Source: Flaccisagitta enflata
Taxonomy: Eukaryota
Direction of reading: 5' to 3'
Length of the DNA stretch: 64,000 nucleotides
Assembly (NCBI GenBank): GCA_965153355.1
Contig: OZ231126.1
Span: 35,898,001-35,962,000, forward strand
Shown: piece after piece, positions 30,847 to 43,136 of the stretch
Layout: the number at the start of each line of letters is the position of its first letter
Position numbering within the stretch: position 1 is the stretch's first letter
The notes under the pieces: generated by a model
The model's database searches: none
Told to the model about the DNA's origin: nothing
Seen by the model: the letters and a program-made list of their open reading frames with translations, nothing else
Translations under genes and position numbers: made by a program

Positions 30847-31881
30847 CACGGCGTCCAGGAACAAACCATAGGTCGAAAAAAATGATCAAGACTCCTGATC
30901 TAGGAAAAAGTTTTTTTTTATGCATTAGCTATTAATTTATGGCAAAAATAAAAAAATCGGCTTGGAAATATAGAATTCAAAGCTTAAAGATAGCAAAAAT
31001 AAAGCATTTTTATATATTTTTAGTCGCGTGCATGCAACTCCACCTTGGTCTGTCGGTCAGTCCTTCCGTCCGTCACAAATATTTTTGAATTTTTGATCGC
31101 CTTAATGTTTTTTAACATGTTTTAACATTTTTTAACATTTCTCAACATTTTAAAGATTTTTTTATATTTCTTAACATTCTTTAACATTTTTAACATTTTT
31201 TAACTTTTTTTAAAAATTTACCTTTTTTAACATTTCTGATTTTTTTAAACACTTTTTAACATGTTTTAACATTTTTTAACATTCTTTTACATTTTTTAAC
31301 ATTTTTTAAACATTTTTTAACATTCTTAACATTTCAACATGTATTTGTAATTTCCAGACGCACGCAACTGTTGCCCTCTTGGGCTTGTTTATTAGGATTG
31401 TTTATTAGGCTTGTTTATTAGGATTGTAGCTTTAAGCTGTTTGAAAAAATATCTGAAAAGTGTGGCAATAGTTGCTGTAATAATGCTTTTACCTATTTGG
31501 TAAATTTAGAGGGTTATTTTATAAATAAGAATTAAAAAGATTATTTCAAACTATCAAATTGATTTTTTTTCAGCCTATTTTCGTAATTACTTCTTTAAAA
31601 TTCTTGAAGACTATGAAAAGTGTATAAATATTGTTGAGATACACAAAGCCAAACTTTTCATACATTTCTACATACTTTTAGAAGCCATGAATAAAATTTT
31701 TAATCTAAAATATGCTTAAAAATGCCTTTTTTGGTTACTATTTGACCATCTATTCTATATTTCTTAGCAGACTTTTTTATTTTTACCATTAATTTGTAGC
31801 TAATGCATCAAAAAAGACATTTCCCCAAGTCAGGAGTCTTGACCATTTTTTTAGACCTAGGGTTTGTTCCTGGACGTTGTG
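30847..31881. mobile_element. MITE with CAC termini and 4-bp TSD ACTG; interrupts a transposase exon and contains a HINE (31019-31390)
   Basis: CACGGCGTCCAGGAACAAACC...GGTTTGTTCCTGGACGTTGTG. Confidence 0.8.
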
Positions 31882-32240
31882 ACTGTTGATGTAGTTTTTG
31901 GTGCAGTTGTTCCCGGTGTTACGATGATGCCACTGCTGTTACTGCTTCCGTTGCCTTTTCCACTGCTTTTTTTTGCAATTACCGATGTCGCAGATCATAC
32001 CAAGTGCCAATGTTCCAAAGTTTCACAGTTACATGGAGTCAAATTTGCAGGAATGATGTTGATGCAGCCGTTATTGCCGTTGTCACTAGAAATAGAAAGA
32101 ATAAAAAGTATTCTGTTTGGCAGTTTACCAGTAATGGCGGCTGTTGCTGTGAGGAAAAAAGTTGTAAGCATTGGCCACTTTTAACTAAGCTTCTGTATCA
32201 AGTCACTGCAATCTTTTTTGTCAATTAAAAGCAACATGTA

Positions 32241-32837
32241 CAGTGGGGTTCATGGAATAACAGCCTAAACTGGAGTATTTAAGTGTCTTAATTTCATTTG
32301 ACAGACTTGATATTTGAAATATAAATTGTTCCATTGATGCTTGTCTCCTTGAGTTTTTTGGTTGCTATAGAAACCAAAATTATTTTTTCGAACAGTCATA
32401 ACTACTAAAATATAAATGTTTTCACACATGTATTGAGGGAACATTGCTAAAAATTGAATTTACAACAACTTTCCCACAATATGTTCTGTAAGAATATTGC
32501 TCGTTTGGCCGTTGCTAGGGAGCATCACACATAGCAACCAGCAAATGATGCTCCCTAGCAACAGCTAAACAAGCAATATTCTTACAGAACATACTGTGGG
32601 AAAGTTGTAGCAAATTTAATTTTGAGCAATATTGCCTGATCATATCTGTCAAAATATTGATATTCTAGCAGTTATAATTACTAAAAAAAATAATTTCGGT
32701 TTCTCTAGCAACCAAAAAACTCAGGGACACAAGCATCAATTGATCAATATACATTTTAAATATCAAGTTAGTCAAATGAAATGAAAAGACTTAAATACCT
32801 TCCTCCAGTTTAGGCTGTTATTCCATGAACCCCACTG
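32241..32837. mobile_element. Palindromic TA-TSD MITE
   Basis: TA|CAGTGGGGTTCATGGAATAACAGCCTAAACTGGAG...CTCCAGTTTAGGCTGTTATTCCATGAACCCCACTG|TA. Confidence 0.9.
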
Positions 32838-34993
32838 TATTGATTGCAATGAAAATCTGAGAAAATTAGGATTTGCCAAATGAGCTACATTACATTCCCA
32901 GCAAACCCAACTAAATCTGGGGGATGAATTTGTGTTAACTTGAATTATTCCCTTAGCTTAATCTTTAGTATTCAAACTAGTTAAAAGGACACTTACTTCT
33001 TTGAACATATTTGGTTACAAAAAAAAAATCATTCAAAGTAACTGAAATCAAAGTTAATGAAGACATCATTTTAGAGTGTTCTAGACAAATGTCCCAAAAA
33101 ACTTTAAATGACTAATATCTGTAAACATTGTCAGATTACGCTGATTTTTTTCCCGAGGATATGAAAAATTTTTCTGCTGAATCCAATAGTCTCGGTTAGA
33201 ATGCTCTAGAATGTGGCCTTCATAGACTTTGATTTTAAAATGACTTGAAATACAAAACGGACTTAAATGAATCAAGTGACATAAATGACTGAGAATGACT
33301 AAAAATGATGTAAAATGATTTCAAATGACTAAGAAAGACTTAAAATGACAAAGCGACTTGAAATGACAAATTTCCATATAATATCTTTTATTTGTCATGA
33401 GCGACAGAGCACACGCCAACATACATAGCTATAAACTACTACATGAAGAGATAGATGAAAAAAAAAGTTAGTTAGAAGGTCGCTTTGATGACACAATCTG
33501 AACAGTAATTGGGTCCGCGAGGGGGGGGGGGTAAAAGACCTGTTCTATAAAATCGATACGACCAAAAGATCACAAACCCTACAAAAGGTATATAAAATTA
33601 TAAATCAGGTGCATATGTGGAGACTTTCAATTTTGAGTCTATTCCAAGTTTCAAGCAAATTGGTTGAAAAATGGCAAAGTTATCCCAGTTTTTATTTCGG
33701 GCTGATAAACTGGTTGGGTGGTAGGCTGGTTGGATGGTAGGCTGGTTTGACAAAATCAATAGTGTGCATATGTTGAGTTCTTCCATTTAGAGATTATACC
33801 AAGTATCAACCAAATTGGTAGAAAAATGACAAAGTTAAACAAGTTTTCCACTTTTGGGCTGGTAGGCTGGTTGGGTGGTAGGCTGGTTTGGCCAGTTAGC
33901 ATGCTCAAACGCATATAAATCATATACATATGTTAAATTATTCCATTTAGAAACTCCATAACAAATTTCAACCAAATCAGTTGAAAAATTCCAAAGATAT
34001 GCACGTTTTTCACTTTTAGGCTGAAAGGCTGGTTGGGTGGTAGGGTGGTAGGATGGTTTGACAGGATACATAGTAGGCATCTGTTGAGTTCTTCCATTTA
34101 GAGACTTCATACCAAGTTTCAACCAAATTGGTTGAAAAATGTCAAAGTTATGCAAGTCTTTCACTTTTAAACCGGTCGGCTGGTTGGGTGGTAGGTCGGT
34201 TTGGCCAGTTAGCATGCTTAAATGCATATAAATTACATACATATGTTGAGTCCTTCCATTTAGAGACTCCCTACCAAATTTCAACCAAATTGGTTCAAAA
34301 ATGGCAGAGTTATGCATGTTATTCACTTTTAGGCTGGTAGGCTGGTTTGGCCGGTTGGGGTGGTCGGCTCACAAAACTCGGATAGGATATTAAGCGCCTT
34401 ACCTTTGTTCATCTTCCCTCCTAATATGAAGCAAATTGGTCAAAGCACAAAAAAGTTATCCATTTTTTAAAATCTGTTACGACAACAACGACAACGACCA
34501 GCGGCGTATCTGAGCCAAGACTATAGCAGCTGCCGCCTTCAATCTATGTCCCAACATAGTTCCTGTCCGACCTATGCATAACTATCTGTTACTATCAATA
34601 ACTGTACATGACTATCTATCACTATACATTACTATTAGATACTATATATGACTGAATATAAGACTACTTCTTTTTACATCAGTGTGTGACCACTAAGTAC
34701 AACTGTTTATAACTTTAAAAAAGTGTAATTGAGTAGTAGTAGAGTCTTTGCTAGTCATCAAGTAAACAATAAGTTCAAGATGTGATGCTACATACACGTA
34801 TCAAAATTCTTTGAAAAGCAATGAAAAAATTCAATTTTTCGTGTTTGTCTTGCCATCATACAATCATTTCTCAAATCACTCATAATAACTGGATTCTTGA
34901 CAAAGACTAGGTGTAAATCTGAAATGGTTTGTTTTTGTGCTGTTTTTGATCATTTGATGTTCTGTTTCTTTCGCTCAGACACTTGGTTGTGAG

Positions 34994-35025
<32 letters not shown>

Positions 35026-35430
35026 CTTTTTTTTCTTCTTCTCTCTTTTCTTGGCTATCCTGCTGTCCGACAATATTCCTGTCCGACATTTTACAGCTGC
35101 CGCGGCAGCGGCGGAAGCCCCTTCATATACGCCGCTGACAACGACACCCACCCGACTCGAATTAAAGTCCGCATCAGAATGATATTCCGTCGCAGACAAA
35201 AATGACAAATTGACTCATGACTTAAAATGACTTAGAATGACTTAAACTAACTTAGAATAACTTAAATGATTTCAAATGACAAGGAAACGCTAAGCATTAC
35301 CTTCAGACCAACCAACCGATCAACCGACGGACAGTGCGGGTCAGTCATGTGCATGTGACTAAAAAGTAACAAACCATTAGGGGGTTGGATGGATTGACCA
35401 GAGGAATATCGGCCAGACAAAGAGACCTAT

Positions 35431-35957
35431 CAGTCAACGGACAAAACACAATAGGTATATATATCACTCCGTTGGTTTTGATCCAACCCACTGATGTTGA
35501 ACAAAATGCTGTTAACAACAACTGGTTGTTGAAATTACAGCCGGCTGTAAAGTTACAAAGTTGGCAAAAATCCAATTTTCACCAAATAGAATGAGACCTG
35601 CAGATTCATAATCCTGATCAAATTCTGAGAAGTTTGATATGTCACAACATATACTTTTATCTGAAAATAAAATTTTTTATCAATGTTTAATTCAATTATA
35701 ATACAATGTTAAAAAAAATATTTTTCATAAAAAGTGTTAAGTGTGACATATCAAACTTCTCAGAATTTCATCAGAATTATGAATCTGCAGGTCTCATTCT
35801 AATTGGTGAAAGTTGGATTTTTGCCAACTTTGTAACTTAACAGCCGGCTGTAATTTCAACAACCAGTTGTTGATTACAGCATTCTGTTCAATATCAGCGG
35901 GTTGGATCAAAACCAACTGAGTGATATATATACTTATTGTGTTTTGTCCGCTGACTG
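35431..35957. mobile_element. Palindromic MITE with CAGTC termini and 4-bp TSD CTAT; interrupts a transposase exon
   Basis: CAGTCAACGGACAAAACACAATA...TATTGTGTTTTGTCCGCTGACTG; second copy at 55277-55804. Confidence 0.9.
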
Positions 35958-36199
35958 CTATGATGCCGCTTTGCACGCTAGTAAAAATTGAAAATATGGA
36001 GATATGTACAGTAAAGAAGAAGACCATGGCTCTGTCTGTTGGCGAATGGAACGAAAAAATAAAACATGAGTTTGTCGATTAATCATCAAAATCAAAAGCC
36101 CATGAGCGTCATAGCTGTACACCGCTGGAATTTTTCTGCTATATGGCAGCTTTTCAGAATTGGCACCCTGGCTAGAGAGCCTGTTGGTTGGTCGGTCCA

Positions 36200-36550
36200 A
36201 ATGGCGTGGTTGAACGGCGTTATGGCATTGTGAAATGCCGTTGTGAAATGGCGTTGTTAAATGGCGTTGTCAAATGGCGTTGTCAAACGGCGTTGTCAAA
36301 CGACGTTGTCAAACGGCGTTGTCAAACGACGTTGTCAAACGGCATTGTCAAACGGCATTGTCAAACGGCATTGTCAAACGGCATTGTCAAACGGCGTTGT
36401 CAAACGGCATTGTCAAACGGCATTGTCAAACGGCATTGTCAAATGGCGTGGTTGAACGGCGTTACGGCTTTGTGAAATGCCGTTGTGAAATGCCGTTGTC
36501 AAACGGCGTTGTCAAAAGGCGTTGTCAAAAGGCGTTGTCAAAAGGCGTTC
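36200..36550. repeat. 13-bp tandem repeat (AAACGGCGTTGTC)n
   Basis: Read directly; explains the ORFs at 36188-36582. Confidence 0.9.
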
Positions 36551-37705
36551 ACAGTCTGAATAGTTACAACCAAATCAATTGAAAAATACCTAAGTTTTGC
36601 TAATTTTTTACTTTTAGATAGTAGGCTGGTTAGGTGGTAGGCCAGTTTGGCCATTTAGCATGCTAAAAGCTTTATGAATGACAAACATATGTTGAGTCCT
36701 TCCATTTAAAGATTTCATATAAAGTTTCAAGCAAATTGGTTGAAAAATGCCAAAGTTATGCATGTTTTTCACTCTTAGGCTGGTAAGCTGGTTGGGTGGT
36801 AGGCCGCTTTGGTCGGTTAGCATGCTAAAACCTTTATAAATCAAATTCATATGTTGAGTCCTTCCATTAAGAGACAACATACCAAGTTTCAACCAAATCA
36901 ATTGAAAAATGCCAAAGTTATGCTCATTTTTCACTTTTAGGCTAGTAGGCTAGTAGGCTGGTTGGGCCGGCTGGGATTGTTCGATCTTAATATAGATATA
37001 GGCTGCAGAGCGGCTTACCCTAGTTTAACTTCCCTCCAAATATGAAGCAAATTGGTCAAGGCGTTCAAAAGTTAGCCCATTTGTGGACGATGAAAACAAC
37101 ATCGACACCCATCCGCCTAAAATTATAGTCCGCGTCAGAATGGTATTCCTTCGCGGACAAAAAAAAAAGACTACCTTTTGATATTTTTTTGCAAGGATTC
37201 AGAATCTGCCATCAGATTTTCAAATTTCCTATTTTGAAATTTTGACCTGAGATATGCTGCTGCAGCGTCCCAAACCTTGATCAGAGAAAAATTTTGATGG
37301 ACTGAACTGATCCCCCACCCGTTAATTAGTCTAGTGATCGGTAGATGAATTATATCACACTTTCTACATATTTCTGGACCCTGTTAGTGTGAGTGTGACT
37401 ACTTTCTGTAGTACAGCGTCAGTTGGTTGGTTGATCTGTCTGTCCATCCAAAATAGTTTTAGGATATAAACTTCTTCATAGTGTTCTAGCCTTTAAATGC
37501 ATTGAAAGGCTGGTAGATCTATGTGAAATACGGTTGTACATAAGCTTCCCAGTAATGTTGTACTCCCTGCCCAACTGTCCGTAACTTTTGACCTGTTTCG
37601 GGCTTATCACTGCCCCTGCTCAACCACATGCGACTTGAGTAGCCATGAATCTGGCCTAGTTAACATGATGAAACTTTTAATACTTTCACGGCTAATTGGA
37701 TATGA

Positions 37706-38106
37706 AGGTCAAATATCCTGGCGCTCCTGAAAGTTATTGTGGCTGCATTCCTTCATACTTTGGAGACTCAAGGAGAAGCATTGCTTGAGGGTGGACATTG
37801 GTTCGATCGGCGAGAAGACACCAGTCTCCGGGAAAAAACTACAAGTGTTCCCATCACCAATCAAAGGGGCGAGGGCGACTTTGGTGCCTTACGGCAAAAA
37901 ATTGACACTCAACCATCCGCTAGTCCAGCTACACTCGAAACACAATTAATGCTGAAGTACAACCGACCAGTGAGCAAATTTTTAATGAAGAAGACAGATG
38001 CTGAAAAGAAAAACATTTGGAAGATTGCCCGCGGTTCTTATCCTGAAAGAAAAGAGGAAGAGAAAAAGGAAAAAGAAGAGTTTTTTGACGGCCTTACTTC
38101 TCATAG
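37706..38106 (+). CDS. Stop-free transposase exon containing the candidate catalytic E (PITNQRGEGDFG)
   Basis: Lies in ORF 37739-38179, whose frame is open from 37706. The PxTNxxxExxFGxL motif resembles the hAT-type ERxF segment. A candidate phase-2 donor sits at CAT AG|gtcatt (38106/38107). Confidence 0.65.
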
Positions 38107-38209
38107 GTCATTGATCAAATATAGCAGAAGTAGCGAGGGCAATTTGAAAACGGAAATTTACAAATTGAGCCTCAATTAGATACAAGTTTAAAGAAATCCC
38201 CATTCTTAG

Positions 38210-38798
38210 TGACTGCATAAGCGGGTACATTTTATGAGGAAGAATTGATGTTGACCCTAAAATAATTTCCCTTGAGAGATGAAGCAAAAGTCACAAAATT
38301 GTTTCAAATTTTTCAAATATTTGATATTCAAGATTCATACTTCTGGTAAAATTTCCAATCATTTGATAGGTCGCACTATATATTTTTAAGAAAAACAAGG
38401 CCAGATACACAGCTACCCCAGTCGCGTGCGGGTGGGCAGGGGCTGTATTTTAGGTTGCCTAATCATTTGGGCAGGAGCAGTGAGGCCAAACACCGCGAAA
38501 AAAACAAAAAAGTAAAGTGTGACAGACGGATGGACAGACGGACGGATGGACCGACAAAGCGGGTTGTAGAGTTGCATAGCACGCGACTCAAAATTTCATT
38601 TTCTATGCCACCATGATTGGAAATTTCACTAGGAATATATATTGAATCAGAATTTCAAAACAAAAATCCATAAGTTGTTAGATCAAACAAATTTGAAAAT
38701 ATTTGAGTGATTTTTTTGCAAATAATTTTCATAAGACATATTTTTTACAAGGTAAGCATCAATTTTCTACTTTGAAATATACCTACTTGTGAAAGTCA
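38210..38798. mobile_element. Degenerate foldback MITE with a nested HINE (38393-38592)
   Basis: GTGACTGCATAAGCGGGTA is inverted to TACCTACTTGTGAAAGTCAC. It shares the GATAGGTCGCA core with 30044-30661 and 51430-52277. Confidence 0.6.
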
Positions 38799-39329
38799 CA
38801 ACCATTTGAAATTTTTTTGAACTTGTATCCGATTTGGGCCCACTGAAAACTAGGTAGTTGCAAATACAGTAAAAATCCAGATTTCAAGGGCCCAACAAGC
38901 CTTTCTGTCTCCAGCAGAATTCTATTATTACCAAAACAGGAAACACCCGACAACCCAGTAACTTCCAATGTCTGTCACACATTCTCATGACACTCTCTTG
39001 ATAAGCGTAAACGATTGAACACTACTGATGGTCGAAGGCGGAATGAAATTTAAGTTAGGGTGGAAAATGTGGCAGCGGCAGCTTTTGCCTCATTTTCCAT
39101 GCTATAAGGCAACTTAGCAAGATCAGCACCTCTGCATATAACCCAGAATTTACAAATATCACATAACCCAGAATTCGCCAAATGTCACAAAACCCAGAAT
39201 TCACCAAATACCTGACACACAACCTGAATCTCTCTGAATGTCTGTTGCACAACACAGAATACTCCTCTAATCTGTCGCAGAGCCAAAAATCTGAACAGTA
39301 TCTGGGTCTGAGACAGAGGGGGGTTGAAG

Positions 39330-40178
39330 ATCACCAATTCCATGAGATCGCTATGACCAAAAGATAGTTAACCCCGTAAGTTCGCTAAAACTATAAGTCT
39401 TTACATTCAAACCGACATACAAAACTTCATGCAAATCCTTTCAAATAAAAAATGACAAAGGTATGCACGTCTTTCACTTTTGGGCTAGAAGGGTGGTTGG
39501 GTGGTAGGCTGGTTTGGATAAATAGTGTGCGTATGTTGAGTTCTTCCATTTAGAGACTCCATTCCAAGATTTAACCAATTTGGTCAAAAAATGTCCAATT
39601 TATGTAAGTTTTTCACTTTTAGGCCAGTAAGCTGGTTGGGTGGTAGGTCGGTTTTGCTGGTTGGCATGCTCAATGTAAATAAATCACATACATGTGTTGA
39701 GTCCTTCCATATAGAGACTATACCAAATTTCAACTAAATTGGTTGAAAAATGACAAAGTTATGCAAGTTTTTCACTTTTAGGCCGATGGCTAGTTGGGTG
39801 GTAGGTCGGTTTGGCCGGTTAACATGCTCAAATGCATATAAATCACATACATATGTTGAGTCCTTCCATTTAGAGACTCCATACCAAATTTCAACCAAAT
39901 CGGTTCAAAAATGCCAAAGTTATGCACGTTTTTCACTTTTAGGCCGGTGGGCTGGTTGGGCCGGTTGGGTTGGTTGGATCATAAAAATCGGATAAGATGT
40001 AAAGCGCCTTACCCTAGTACAACTTCCCACCAAATATGAACCAAATCGGTCAAAGTAGAAAAAAGTTATCCATATTTTAAAACCCGTAACAATGACAATG
40101 ACAACGACAACGACAACGACACTCACCCGCCTTGAATTATAGTCCGCGTCGGAATGATTATCCATTGCGGACAAAAAT
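39330..40178 (-). mobile_element. HINE-like family D carrying ~160-bp tandem units (other copies at ~33400-35200 and ~36570-37165)
   Basis: Repeated unit AAATTTCAACCAAATTGGTTGAAAAATG...GGCTGGTTGGGTGGTAGG...CTTCCATTTAGAGAC; shared terminal hairpin GTCCGC...GC(G/A)GACAAAAA. Confidence 0.7.
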
Positions 40179-40660
40179 TCTCTGAATGTCACACAACCTA
40201 GAATTCTCCATACGAGAACTGCAAATTAACGAGCTGTGGTTAGGAGGGCAGCGGTTATGAGGGCAGCATGTGTAAGGGTAACAATTGTAAGGGCTTCGGT
40301 TATGAGAGCTGCGGTTATATGTGTGCAGTAAAGTTAGTCCACCACTATTGATCACTTATCGTTCAACCTTGAGGATACGACGCATGCAAATCAGTTCGTC
40401 AATCAATTTGTGGTCAGCCTCCATTTGTCAGCCTCCATTCGTCAGCCTCCATTCGTCGATCGATTTACGGTCAGCCTCCGATTGCTTTCGATTTGTCTCC
40501 AACTCACGTCTCCAACCCGTGATTTGAGCTGTTTCAAGACAAAGGGAGAGTTTCCTGTGTCATATTCGGCAAGTTGATATTACCAAGTTGAAATTGTCTT
40601 TGCATTTTTTTGTCCCAAACACTCATTCCTTTCCAACTTGCAAACAGCTTGACGAAGATA

Positions 40661-42131
40661 CAGTAGATCTCGTCTAGACTTGAGATAGGGGAGGCAAGCA
40701 TTATGGAATAGCATAACAAGAGTTCATGCAAAGTCATAGGAAAGTTCTCTATCAAAGGAATATGACTCAAAATCATGTACACAGATAACCCAAAACAAAA
40801 AATTGGTCCTGGGACCTCTAGAAAATACCGCCGCCACCCCCCTCATATCCCATAGAAAATGTACAGGAAATATTTTTTTGCCTATATTTTATTATGGGAA
40901 AGGGGGCAGGTGGCGGCGCCAATTTATAGGGGTTCCAGGGCTAAATTTTTTTCATGGACCACCTGTAAACATGATTTTGGGCCATATCCCTCTGATAGAG
41001 AACTTTTCTATGACATTGCATTTTTTGTTGTTAAGCTATTATGGAAAGATAAAAATTAAAGGAACGATATTTGGATAAAAGATTAATAAGAGGATACTTC
41101 AATCCTTATAATAGCTGGTTGCCATAGATATACATTTCTTCGCTAAAGTATCAATATTTAGAGAGATTTTTTAAGGGAACATTGCCTAATATCAAATTAA
41201 CTATAATTGTCATACAATAAATTCTGTAAGATTGTCGCTCAAATAGCAGTTGCTAGGGAGCATAACAGGGTTGTTACATATGGATACGCTCTACAGCAAC
41301 AACTAAACAAGCAATATATTTACAGAACATACAATAATAAGCTTGCATTAAATTTTATTCTAAGCATTGTTCCTTGAAAAATCTCTCAAAACATTTATAT
41401 TTTAGTGAGAATATATGAAAGTGTGTTTACATAAAAAACAATCATCATGGGCAATAAATCATTCTTTTATTAATTTATACAGTAGATATCATCTAGACTT
41501 GGAAATATGGGGGAATTCATTACAGGAAAACAAATTAACTTAAGAGACTGATATTTGAAATATAAACTAATGAAAGGATGCTCAATTGCTTATGGGTGTT
41601 GTTTGTCATGGAAACACTTTCATGTATTCGCGCTAAAGTATCAATATTTCAAGAAATTTTTTGAAGGAATATTGTTTAAAATAAAATTTGTAATAATTTC
41701 TTACAATATGTTCTCTAAGATTATCGCTCATTTGGCGGTTGCTAGGGAGCATCACAGGGCTGTCACACATAGTTACACTCCCTAGCAACAGCTAAACAAG
41801 CAATATTCTTACAAAACATTTTGTGGGAATGTCATAGCAAAATTTTTTTTAAAAATTGTTCCTTTAAAAAATTTCTCAAAACATTGATATTTTAGCGTGA
41901 ATACATCAAAAATGTATGTCCATAGCAACCAATACCCATGGGCAATAAAGCATCTTTTTATTAGTCTATATTCCAAGTATAAGTTTCTTAGGTATATTTG
42001 TCTTCCTGTAATGAAATCCCCTGTATTTCTAAGTCTAGACGAAATCTACTGTATTTCAAATATCAGTCTTTTAGCAGTATTTCTCTTCTCATACTTGCCC
42101 CCGTCATCTCAAGTCTAGACAAGATCTACCG
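40661..42131. mobile_element. TA-TSD MITE (CAGTAGAT termini) with a related element nested at 41480-42051
   Basis: Outer: TA|CAGTAGATCTCGTCTAGACTTGAGA...TCTCAAGTCTAGACAAGATCTACCG|TA. Inner: TA|CAGTAGATATCATCTAGAC...GTCTAGACGAAATCTACTG|TA. A remnant lies at ~18260-18370. Confidence 0.8.
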
Positions 42132-42138
42132 TATTCAA

Positions 42139-42773
42139 TAGCTTGTACCTAAATGACTAAAAGCAATAAAATCAGAATTCTACAAGTAGTTCTTGTTGTG
42201 GGGCTGTCTTGGGCTTCTAATGGCATCAACTTTGGTCTGAAAAATTTGCATCTTGCTGTCCGCGCCTTACCTTGAATTTTCCTTTAGAAACCAAAAATTT
42301 CAAAGTAAATCTCTGTTTTGACTGCAGATTTGAAATCTGCAGCAGAAAATACTGTTAATTGAAAGTGCTTTCCTTTTTTCAATATTCCTTCGGGATCATA
42401 GTCAAAATTCATCTTAAAGATATAAAAAAAGGTAAGTTTGGCGATTTCACATATAAATAAAAGAGAAAGGTAAGTTTTGCAAACTTTGACACTTATTTTG
42501 AGCACCTTCTAGTTGGAATATTGAAAAAAGGAAAGCACTTTCAATTAACAGTTTTTTCTGTAGATTTCAAATCTGCAATCAAAACAGAGATTTAAGGACT
42601 TTGAAATTTTTGGTTTCCCATAAGCTGAAGGAAAATTCAAGGTAAGGCGCGGACAGCAAGATGCAATTTTTTCAGACCAAAAGTGATGTCATTGGAAGCC
42701 CAAGACAGCCCCACAATAAGAACTACTTGTGGTGTTCTGATTTTATTGTTTATTGTCATTTCGGTACAAGCTA
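42139..42773. mobile_element. Palindromic hAT-type MITE with 8-bp TSD GTATTCAA
   Basis: TAGCTTGTACC...GGTACAAGCTA; TSD at 42131-42138 and 42774-42781. Confidence 0.85.
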
Positions 42774-43136
42774 GTATTCAAACTGAACAAATACATCTAT
42801 GAAGACAATGCAATATTTGAAGCCACGAAATGAAAAATTCATGCTACATGCCCACATCATATACTGAATTACTTCAAATGTCTAAGTTAGAGCTAATACA
42901 ATATTCATAATACACAAAAAACAAGGTCGGACATTGGTAGCGGATGGGTGGGTAGGGGCGGAGATGTGCATTTAAACACTTTCCAACTCAATCATCACAG
43001 ACCAGCTACCTAAAGGACCAACAGACGGACAAAGCTTCTCATAGAGTGCGCGACTAAGAATGAGAATTTAAGAGAATTTATGATAATTTAGATGAAAATC
43101 TTACACTACTTCTGCTAAAAAATGGTCTACCCAAAG

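Noticed and set aside
30780-32180. Minus-strand Thr/Ala-rich mucin-like exons
   Set aside because: Contains stops, and the plus-strand reading fits the ordered transposase motifs better. Not fully excluded.
36188-36582. Repeat-protein ORFs or a CRISPR-like array
   Set aside because: Head-to-tail 13-bp satellite with no unique spacers, in a eukaryotic context with no cas genes.
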